Source: Parasitella parasitica NRRL 2501
Lineage: Eukaryota; Fungi; Mucoromycota
Reading direction: 5' to 3'
DNA length: 43,026 nucleotides
NCBI GenBank assembly: GCA_025201805.1
Contig: MU619281.1
Location: forward strand, 37,944 to 80,969
A program made the translations under genes and the position numbers. Shown here piece after piece: positions 1-10,772 of this stretch (position 1 is its first letter; every line of letters starts with the position of its first letter). Below the pieces are notes generated by a model. The model was not told the DNA's origin, made no database searches, and saw only the letters and a list, made by a program, of their open reading frames with translations.

Positions 1-1047
1 ATTATTATTTATATCTATAACATTATATTTTATCTCAATTGCACCCGCCTCTTCGATAGGAACTCATATCCTATAGTACGCGGCTCAATCAATAAACACA
101 ATTTAAAAAAAAAAAAAAAAAAATCATTGATTACGCATTATCCTCGATTTTGACCTCAAAAATGCAACTTTTTACTATGGCATATATTGGAAGAAAATGA
201 TCGTAAAAGATCATTCCTTGATCTGAAAGACTACAAATAGGCTCTGATTAAGCAGAATGTTGACTTTTCCCTGCTAATCTGTTTTTGAGGTTTTCTCAAC
301 ATAATTCCTTCCATAAGCGTACGGCAACTATGAAATGATACCAGCGTGTAGAGCGCCCAGAAATACAGCTATTACCATAGACTGACAGTTGTGGTATGCA
401 TAGTATCAAAAGATGATATCTTGCCTCAAAAAAGTAATTTTGTTTTCGAAATGTCCAAATGGAGTTTTTGAAAGAATCTTTCCTTCCTGATTTTGGACAT
501 GTTTAATCTCCGCTATCAAAGAAAAATGGTGTCTTTTTTGGAGAATGCATTATTTTTGAGAAGCCATGTCTTAACCAGTTCAAAAGAAAAACATTTGAAA
601 TTTAATTTATTTGAATAGTGCGCTTTTTGGCTTTCTAATGGAATCACTTGTATGTCTGTACCTAACCTGACGGTCTCACGCTCCAATTTTGAAAAATATT
701 TTTCCGAAAAAAGTCAGAAAAGTCGCTACCTTCATCTGATGTCAACTTAAAAAGTACAAAAGCTTGCTCTAAGCTATGCAAATATGTTATCAAAAGGTGC
801 CTTATAGTCTAATGCATTACTTTGAATTACTTATCTCTGTACTTTAAATCATTAAACATTGTTTTCTTACAGTTTTTGTCTTTTTTGTGACAATAACACG
901 CTGAAGTTCGCGTAGACCAAAAAAATCAGGCGCCCATATCACGATAATAGTAGATAGAAACATATAAGATTGGATCACAGTAATATTTTATATGAAAAGG
1001 AAATTATTTTTATACATTTATAGATTAAAAGTTAGTGACATTATCAT

Positions 1048-4000
1048 TTATGCTTGAACATAATTACTAGGGAATACGCCTGATAAAGGTCTATTTGTGC
1101 CGCTATCTTTATAGCCTAACCACCAAATGTCATCCGTTGTGTCTGTAACAACAATAGTATCACCTGCGTCTAGACTCAATTCGCCATATTCCTGCGCTTT
1201 AAATGGGTATTTTGCATGAAATAGTTTAGGATTGTTTTCGCTGATTGCTCCCGCATGGCTTGCCTTTGCTGAGGCAACCATGGCATCAAAAGATAAAATT
1301 CCGGCTGCTGCTGCTGCTGCACTAATAGGTAGAGGTTTGCCAATGGTAGTCGAAGGAAATACACCCAAGTCGCCTCCGTCATCGTGAGTGAAAATAGTTC
1401 TTGATGTTGTATTTGAAGGGCCTGCGACAGATCGGCTAGTTGCCAATGTAGCGGCAGCAGTGGTGGCGACGGGTGCTGTTGCAGCAATTGCCGATGCACC
1501 TAATGTTCCTGTGTTGAATATGCCAAAAGTATCAAACAGTCGGTTGCTAGGTGTCCAAGGTGGCATTGCGTTTGGTCCTTGAGCAGCTTTATGCTTTTTG
1601 AATAAGTATAAAAAGCCGGCTGCACTCATTGTAAACAGAATAGCAGTAGATATCGCAATCGAAATTAAAATAACTGCAGCAACTGACAAATATTCTATTA
1701 CGTGAAGATTTTCTTTTTTTTTAGTAAATACGAATGACTATAAAGATTGTGTTAACTTACTGTGAGCTTTTTTAATGCCATTGAAATCGGTAGTGTGTAT
1801 AACTTGGTAAATGATACCTGGGCGACCATTGAGCTGCGTAGTAAGTAAATATGGGCTCCATTTCGACCCGTCGTATAATGCTGCACTAGCATTGCCGAAA
1901 CTGTTTACGTTTAGGTGGCCAACAGCTAACAGCATATTTTTTGTATCGGCGGGAAATCTTTCTTCTGTAGAACTCTTTACGGGCACCAAGAGTAACCGGC
2001 TTATGTTAGTTCCCGGGCCCAAGTTTGCAGCCAGTGATGTAAATTTGCCTTCATTCACAGAGCCCACAAAGTAATCTGAGGAACTAATGGTATTTTCAAG
2101 GCTTGCTTAGTATTCTTGCATTACTTTATACAAGTGGAGGTTTTTCCGTTTTACCTTGTGCCCGCAATCAAGATTTCAGATCCCATCGCATTCACAGCAG
2201 TTGTTGGTATTCCGGGTAGTTGATCTGTGAGTGATTGAGAGGTCCAGAGCGTATCTATGCCTGACAAAGTAGCAAGGCTTGCAAAGTTACTCTGTACCTG
2301 CAAATTACCTACAACTGTCACTTTTTGTACATCTTGGCCAGGATAAGTTATAATATCGTTAATAGTGCCTGCTAGTCCTAGCGCCATATTATTCCACTGT
2401 CGAATGTTTGGATCCATAATACAGATGGCAACACAATCGAAAAAGCCAACCCGAGTGAATTGCCCTCCAATCATGATTCGTTTACCATCAGGGTGTATTT
2501 TAATAGTATTCACAACTCCAGGATTTCCGTTGGGATCTAAAATATTCATATAAGAAAAAAGAAACAAACGATAAGCGTAGTGCAGTGTAGTGTATTATTA
2601 CCTAATGGGCCGCTAACAGTTATTAGTCTGTTATTGTCAGCTAAATTATACATGGCTAAACTTGCAGAACGGCTCTTCATAGATGGAAATTGGCCGCCAA
2701 CGAAAAGCTTGTTTTCAAACGCGGCTAATGTGTTTACTTTGCCGTTAAACACATCAATCAAAGTCCAGGCTGTATTATTATACATATAAACGGTGGTATT
2801 ATTATTGCTGTAAGCTGCAATTATTGTCACCGGCGTGAATGGTCGAGTTTGATTGTTCATCCAAGTAACACCAGCTGTTATGATCGACGATTGATTTAGT
2901 ACGACAGACGATGCTGTCAGGTTACTTGATGTCACGAGATCGGCACGATATGTCTGTGCTCCAAGTAATGTACCAGCAAAATATCTTTGCTCCTTAACTA
3001 CATCAGCAGCAATATTGCCAACAATTAATGACTCACGCTCGATCCATGATTGCTTGTTGATGCCCCATAAGGCATTGCCTATCGAGAGTCTTGGGTCAGG
3101 TGTGAGTTTATGCCTGAATGATCCGGATACTGTTAAAGTGTCATTGTTTGTTGACAAGATTAGGTTGTCGACAGGGCCATCTACTCCCTAAAAAAAAAGG
3201 CAAGAAAAAATAAACAACTCGTGTCGATCTTCTGTATGAATTTATTCTATTTACGTTTCCTAAACTTTTCCATGTCTTTTGTACAGTGTCAAATAGTGCA
3301 AAATTTGATATATTTGCATTTCCCGCAGAAATTGTCGAATTAAACTCGCCTCCTACATATAAAGCTAATTCGAACATGCATAAGTTTTCTGTTTGAAATA
3401 TTTGTTCCACAGTTTTATCAAAACTTACTTGCTGCGTGCAAGATTAATTTTGACACTTTTCCATTGAGCCCTGATATTGATTCATTGTCGAGTGGGATTA
3501 ACTGGCCTAGAGGCTTGTTGTAAGATACGATATTTTGAAATCCAGTGCTTCCTGCATTTGCTGGAGAATTGAATTGGCCACCAATATACAGTAAATCACC
3601 ATCCGATGTGTCTATTGAATATACTGTAGATCCTAGAGACAGTTGTTCTAATGTAATGCGACGAATTTAGCTTCGACTATTTTTTAAGACGCCGCCGCAA
3701 ACCTTACGATTCAATGGTTTCCATGATATTGCAGTGCCGTTTGATGCATTGTTCAGAGAAGGAGTATATTCCAAAATACTAACAAGTGGAGGAGCTGTTA
3801 CGTTTCTAACAAATTCTATTGTATCAGCCATGATGCTAACATCATCTCCATCTGGTTTTGTGGCGTTTGTAGCTGGTTTGAGGGTAATCGAGGGTCTAAA
3901 TGTTGATGATACGGGAGAAATGAATCCACTGTAAAGCAGAGTACGACGGTCTGAAAACGTATTTTGATTGGATACAATGGTGGTTACAACACCAGGTGAT

Positions 4001-5561
4001 AACTGTAGTTGATATTCCACTTGAGTTCTTTGGAAGCAATTTGAACTACCAACACATCCAGGTGTAGTTGCATAAATGTCATACTGTCCTTGTGCAGGGA
4101 TATTTCTATAAATAAACAGCAGCAGATTAGGGGACCCAATTGTCTTTTGCACAGAATGCAAAAACTTACGGTTCATAAACAAGAGCTAGGTTTGATGTCG
4201 CAAGTTCGGAAAAGGGCATATTCGCCTCTAATACAGTTTGGTAATATCCATATACATAAACATCTTGCCAGTTTCCTGTAATTGTTGTTTGTGTAGATGA
4301 TGCAGAAGGGTTACATCGCGGGTCATTATTTGTATTCAGATGAGGGTTTACAGATATATCTAATAAAGGTGGATACATAAATGTAAGGTCAACACCATTT
4401 ACCATTTTGCTTATGCCATACGGAAATACCTGATTGAAACACTTGAACATATCCTAATCCACCACCATCGCCATACCAGCTGTTGATATTGATTCGAATT
4501 CCACTTGATTTCATTGAGCCCACTACAGTAAAGTCCTGAAATGTGTCATTTGATAAAATGCAATTAGTGGAGCATTGTACAACTTGCTGACTGACTGGAT
4601 CAACAAAAGACAGATTAAAATATTCGTTTGAGCCTAAAGCGAGGATATTGAACGAAATAGTGCCTCTGTCTGTATGTGTGTTTGATAATCTAAATACAGT
4701 TGGCTCGATGGGATTGATAAAGTTCGCATCCCAGTATCCAGGGACACTATCTTGCAGATACCATGGATTGCCTTCTGATTCCGGAGATGGTTTAGCTGGA
4801 CAGACAATATTATTTGGATCGTTAAAAGAACCAGATAAAGCACCATTTCCTGAAGATATGGACTATCAACAACAAATCACACACACACACACACAAAAAC
4901 AAGAGAGATTTTAGTAAGGAGTAAAGTGTTTTTAGTAGAGTATGCTTACAGTAGGCGAGCTCAGTGGTACAAGCTGGCTTGTATTTGAATTAAAGAACTG
5001 TCCATCGCTCGTAGCATCAAATCGACCACCAAACAAGATGGTACTATACTTTTTGTTTTTGGTAATTGTATAAACGGGACCATTAAAGCCTTTCCAAGGA
5101 ACTTGGACCCATTGGTTGTTCGTAGTGTCCCACTGTATCGCATTTCCAGTAAAATTGCCGCCAACATATACGACATTGTCTATTTCGTCACAATATAAGC
5201 TATATACCGATCCATTTAATCCCTGCGCGAGTGGTTGAAATTGATTTGATTGTGTGTTGTATTTCACAATATGATTAAATAGTGTTTCATTGACAGTTTT
5301 AAAGTAGCCACCCAGGTAAATGTCGTTTTCAATTGAGCAGTAAGCTGTTATATTGCCGCTAAATGTTGCTATCTTCTCGAAGACGTCGTCTTTCTGCTGT
5401 ATCAAGTTTGTACTGTCTATTGATTCGAACTGATTGTTACTTTTGACGTTGGAAATGCCAGCATAGTTTCCAGCGAAACCCAGCTGTCCGATTTCATCTA
5501 TATCTATACATTTAACAAATTCGAGTAATAGTAGACTTAGAAAGACTACTGTAAACCACAT
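1048..5561 (-). CDS. RAX2: Rax2-family cell-polarity cortical marker (type I membrane protein) with C-terminal SH3 domain; about 10 exons
   Basis: Signal peptide MWFTVVFLSLLLL; repeated beta-propeller-like motifs (YLGGYF, YVGGNF, LFGGRF, YIGGQF, LFVGGQF); Rax2-typical segments (ISSGNG...DPNNIVCP...PWYLQD, TPGCVGSSNCFQR, WSPYLLT); TM YLSVAAVILISIAISTAILFTMSAAGFLYLF-KKHK; SH3 ending GVFPSNYV. All introns splice GT-AG in frame. Confidence 0.9.
4878..4895. repeat. (CA)9 microsatellite in RAX2 intron 1
   Basis: cacacacacacacacaca, directly visible. Confidence 0.9.
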
Positions 5562-5881
5562 CGTTCAAACTTGATTAAATAATTAATTCTAATATATTAT
5601 TTTATATACACCAAGAAAAGTAATGACAAAAAAAAAGAAGGGAAGAAGGGAAACAAGCAAATGAAAACAAATTTAAATGCGTAACATTAATCCCTCATTC
5701 TGCTCCTTTATTGATTCGATTTAAGGTCCCAGCCTTCAAGGGGAATCGGATCCACCAATGTTACACGCTTTTCTACTACTGATGCTGCTGCTGTTGTTGT
5801 TTTACGTCACGTTACATTTTCAAGTATACGAACAGTTCACTCTCTTTCCTATTTTTGCAAGTATTCATTTTAAACAATAAG
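5562..5881. promoter_or_regulatory. Candidate bidirectional promoter between RAX2 and the RhoGAP gene
   Basis: 320 bp between divergent ATGs (5561 and 5882); contains CCAAT (~5755) and the CRE-like TTACGTCA (5802-5809). Confidence 0.55.
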
Positions 5882-8334
5882 ATGGCTCAATATCTTTTGG
5901 CCCAGTGGGACTACACAGCCGAAGGGAACTTTGAGCTCTCTTTTAAAGAAGGAGACAAAATAAAATTACTAGAAAAGCACAACGATGATTGGTATTACAC
6001 TGTTTTTTCAACATTTGTCCAAATCTAATCAAACTGATACATTTTCCTTACATAGGTGGGAAGGTATATATATATTTGACTGTTTGTGTATATGACTCAT
6101 GTATTGGCATTGCTGTAGGCGAATTGAATGATGAAATAGGCTTTTTCCCTGCAAATAGAACCAAACCCTATTCAGAAGAGCAGCATGTTACAGGTAATAG
6201 TAATAATCAAACAGTGAATACTTTAATTAATTTGTATAAGTAGATTTAGTAAAAGTAACATTAGATGTCAATAATACAATAGATATTTTTAAATTCATTG
6301 TTCGAAAAATAGAGATCCACCACTGCTTTGTCTACTTCCTCAACAACTCTCATCAACAACTCCGCAGACCACAATAACAACAATGCTCTTCCACCCGTTG
6401 TAGCAGGATCAAATACCTCTGCGTCCCATAGCAACCCATATTTTCAAACTACTAGCAAGCTAGGGAATGACAAGGGAATTATATCTACACCTGCTAATCC
6501 TCGTGTTTTGAGTCAAGATATTTTGATAGATACATCCACGGAAAATGAAAGTTTGCCGTTAGAATGGAGCCACTCTCAAAGTATGGTATATTGTGTACAC
6601 GAGCAGATAAGTAAATGAGATGATAATTTTTCAGAAATTTATGTAGATGAAGCAAGCGTTACCTTCTTTTTTAATGAAACGACCGGTGAACCTCAGCGGG
6701 AGAGGCCATCTAACAAACCCACTGTAGTTGATAATACACCACCTGATATTTCGCCTTCTGCTGCAAAAAGAAAAGAGAATAGTGATATAAATGGATTGTT
6801 GTACGATATTCAGAGACTGGTAAAAATGAGGCATAAGTAGATGCTCCAGCGGATACAGTACTCTTGCAGATATCTAAATGCACATTTAGAATTTAGAAGC
6901 TTTACATCCCAATTGGATCCGAATCCAGAACAGCATCCAAATAAAAGTGATATCAGCAGAAGGAGAAATAGAACTGCCTTGGAAGGATTACTATGGCGTA
7001 CTGACAAATGGGTTTCTGCTTGTGTATAAAGAAGGCTTGATCAACAGAATAGGAAGGGTAATTTTTATGCAATCCCGCAATAAAAGGGATATATTGTCGT
7101 AACGATACTCACGTATGATTTGCGCCTTTGATATAGAGACCTTCTTCAATGAAACCTGTACCTGCATATTTCACTATCGATTTGAAATCTTCTGAAATCG
7201 CCCCAGCCAGCAAAACGGATACCCGGAAAAAGCATACTTTCATCATACAGTTGGCTCAACATAAAGTCTTTGTCAATGTCAGTAGTGAATCGCTCTATGC
7301 GGAATGGCTAGATGCAATTATGCGAGAACTGATAAGTGTCAAAGAGAATATAGAGCAACAAGACGCAGATCTAGTGCAACTATTAGCCTCGATACCTCTT
7401 TATGCAAAATTGGAGCTGCACAATGCTGAAGGTGTGGATGACTTGAGATCTGCAAAGACGTTGACAAGATGGTTTTCACGGTCAAATCGAAATAGCGTCC
7501 AAAGGTCTCAAACACTCCCAGTCAGCAGCATCACGACTAGCATAGCTACACCAGGTAATATATAGACATATGCAGCCCCACATGTATGCATAGCGAAACT
7601 AATTATTTAATCGTTGTAGGGAGCGAACTCTTTGGTGGCTTTTTAAAACTTGAAGAACAGGGCAATATTCCACAAGTGATTCGCCTTTGTACAGAGCAAG
7701 TAGACAAACGTGGGTTGGATGTCGTGGGCATTTATCGGCTTTCGGGCCAAACAACCAGAATACAGAAGTACAAAGCGCAATTCAATTCAGGTATTGTAGA
7801 TACAAAACACAAAACAAAGAAAGGTCTACTGACGATTCTTTTTTTGTTGTACATGAAAATTTCACAGATCCCGAGCAAGTCGACTTTGAACAAGAACAGG
7901 ATATCAATGTGATAACTGGCTTACTAAAGCTTTATTTCCGTGAATTGAAAAATCCACTACTCACTTTTGAATATTATGATCGTTTCATCGAAGCAGCCAA
8001 GCTACAAGACTACGATGAACGCATGTTTAGGTTGAAATCTATTATTCAAGTCTTACCGGTTGTCAATTACAAGGTACTTCAATACTTAGCGCGCCATTTG
8101 GAGCGAGTCCAAAATAATAGCCATATCAACAAAATGGAAGCTTCCAATCTTGCGTTGATTTTCTCTATTGGATTGCTGCGGCCCAAAAACGATGATTTAT
8201 CTGCTTCAATCATGCACAATGATCTTTTGAGTAAAGTGATTGAAGCCATTATCACAAACGTGGATTGGTTTTTTGATAGCGATATAGACGATGATGGTAG
8301 CAGCGTTAATAACAATAGTAGTCTTGTGTTGTGA
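5882..8334 (+). CDS. Rho GTPase-activating protein, SH3-WW-PH-RhoGAP architecture (ARHGAP9/12/27-like)
   Basis: Spliced N-terminus MAQYLLAQWDYTAEGNFELSFKEGDKIKLLEKHNDDWWEGELNDEIGFFPAN (SH3, needs microexon 6056-6063); WW-like LPLEW...FFFNETTGEPQRERP; PH (WKDYYGVLTNGFLLVYK...RKKHTFII...EWLDAI); RhoGAP with arginine finger GIYRLSG, LLKLYFRELKNPL, NKMEASNLALIF. Confidence 0.9.
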
Positions 8335-9163
8335 TAATAATAAAGGCTCTATACATCGTGTGTAAAATCTACTTGGGATCATTATCTTTTGACGTAGTAG
8401 TAGCCAACACAGCTTCTTCGATGTCTGTTTCTCATTGCACCATTTATATGGAAATGCCAGATACCTTTACGGAAAGCCACGTGCAAGTCTAATGCCATAT
8501 CTTGCAACATAAGCAACACCAAGCAAGGTAATAATAACAGACGCATATAAATCGATCAAGAGATATAACAGCTGCTTCCAAAAAACAGAAAAGCAGTTGG
8601 TTCGTGGTGAGAATAGTGTTATGAAATGATATACAGAAATAAGTGAGCTAGCAGATTAGGCTTCGCCCAGCGATTTTGAGATCCCCGCCTCCGCTGGAGC
8701 ATTTGTGGCGAGGTCATTTCCCTTCTCTTCCCCCCCCCCCAGATGTGTAATCAGAGTCAAATTTGAGGTTGATGAACATATCCTTTCAACCTTCTCATGA
8801 TACTGTATTGCCAAAACATTCGGATTACAGTTAACGTATTTTTCTATAGTAAACAATACATTAGGATAAAATACTTTGTGAGGTAGAAACCAGTGCTTTT
8901 TGAATTTCATTATTGGATTTCACTCGTCAAACCAACATTCCAGTACAGTAAAAAGATCATCTGTTTTCAGTTTTTTGATTTAGTTATTCTGCAGGTCACA
9001 AACATAAATATAATAAATTAAAGAGTATAGTCAATCAGATACATGTGAAAGGAGAGATATTATTGTGATGCTAGTAGGGACGGGTCAGCCGTGGGCCCCA
9101 GTTTTGGTTGCATTGTTGTGTTATTAGTTAATATTGTTTGGTGTCGTTTTTTGCTATTTCCAT

Positions 9164-10107
9164 TCATCGTTTTAATGAATTTAATTCATTGATTAAATCT
9201 GCCTTTTCTTTTTCCATGATACTATCTCTTTGTTGTAATATGCGGATATATTCCAGTGCTAAAGCGAAAAACGACCTGAACAAATTGCTGACACGCAAGA
9301 AAATTGGACTATAAACTTACTTTTACTAAGAATCTCCCACTTGCTGGTCTTTAGACTTTTATCCACCGGTAGCAGATCTCTTAGATCGTCAAAGAGATCC
9401 TTCATCTCCTTTCTTCTTTTTCTCTCTGCCAATTTATGGCTTATTCGAAGCTCTGGGGATCTGCTATAAGGCGTCTCACTGCCTCTCCTAGAAACAGTTT
9501 GTCTTTCATCCTCGAACGCTGCTGTCATGGCCATATCATCTTCTATGCCTGAGCTAGATATAGAATTGTGTCTACTGTTGACTCCAGCTACTGAGGTAGA
9601 TGAGCTTATGCCAGTAGACTGGCGACGATGATCCTCTAACATCATATGCATCTGCTCAAACTGATGTTTGGCAGAAGGAAGAGGCCTTGACGATGTTGTG
9701 GTATTTGTTAAATGTGTGATTGATGGTAATGATTCTCTTCTCCAAGGCGATGCTGCTGTGGATGTAGGCGGGGTTGGAAGTGGTAATGAAGGAAGGTGTT
9801 CAGGCGTGGTTACCATGGAAGACCTTCTAGATGAAGGAGAGGATGGCGGAGAAGAAGAGTTGAGTGATAACAGCGAATGATTGAGACGGAAAATAGAAGA
9901 AGAGTGCAGCGCTGGGTCGGTCAGAGAGCCTCTGCGTGAATTTGAAGGGCTTGAATGTGCACTGTCTGAAAACCCAGAGGGGTGGCGAAAAGAAGAGATG
10001 GGATACAATGTCCTGTTGGCTGTTGGATCAATAAACGAGGGTCGTCTTTCCTGCTGCTGATGATGATGGTATGGAGAGCTATTCATGTAGTGATCAGTCA
10101 TTTCCAT
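9164..10107 (-). CDS. bHLH(-zipper) transcription factor; 2 exons
   Basis: [25 protein letters not shown]...SKWEILSK, then an intron (gtaagt...tttag), then [30 protein letters not shown]; Ser/Pro-rich N-terminus. Confidence 0.9.
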
Positions 10108-10772
10108 TTAGAAATTTGAAAGAAAAGAGAACAAAGAGAGAGGAAGAAGTGCTTTGAGCAAGGAAGGGAGATGGGAGGGGGTGCGGTGGCAGCAACTCCG
10201 CTTTGATCGTCGCTTCTGTAAATATATATTGCGCATGCTTCTCAAACAGATTTGCCAGTTGAGTGATATTGCCACATGGCTTCTTTCTTTTTGCATACGT
10301 TTATTTGGTAATAAACGCCATGATGCTTTGGGTATTTGAAATACTAACAGGGTAATAAATATAATTTGTCAAATACGTTATATACATCTTTTTTATTTGT
10401 CTCCTATAAAATTTCGCCTGTGAAACTGCGCAATAGTAAATGTGTGTGAATGTGAGCAGTTGAACAAGCAAAACGTTGTCCAATCAAGTATGTTAATGCA
10501 ATTTAAGATTGGTACCTGAAAACCTTGTGAGTATTATAAATACCCATCTCTCGCTTTCACCGAGACCTAGTGTATGTACGCTCAAGTTTTCTACGTATGT
10601 TTCACGGTTCGTATGCATGTATACATAGGAATTAATATAATCACGTTATTTCGATTATGCTTCATTTATCTCCCAGTAAATGATTTGTGCATACGTAATT
10701 TTCATGCATATAGTAAAAACCAATCTATATTTATTTCGCATGCTGCGTTTGGTCCATCGTTAACTTTGTTGG

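Noticed and set aside
60-950. Gene-free stretch with short hairpins (196-215; 451-500) and A/T runs, suggestive of a non-autonomous transposon
   Set aside because: No terminal inverted repeat pair, target-site duplication or transposase remnant found; stems of 7-9 bp are expected by chance in AT-rich DNA.
8656-8910. 84-aa ORF, and the many short antisense or alternate-frame ORFs in the track
   Set aside because: No motifs or splice-supported extension; most are shadows of real genes on the opposite strand or frame.
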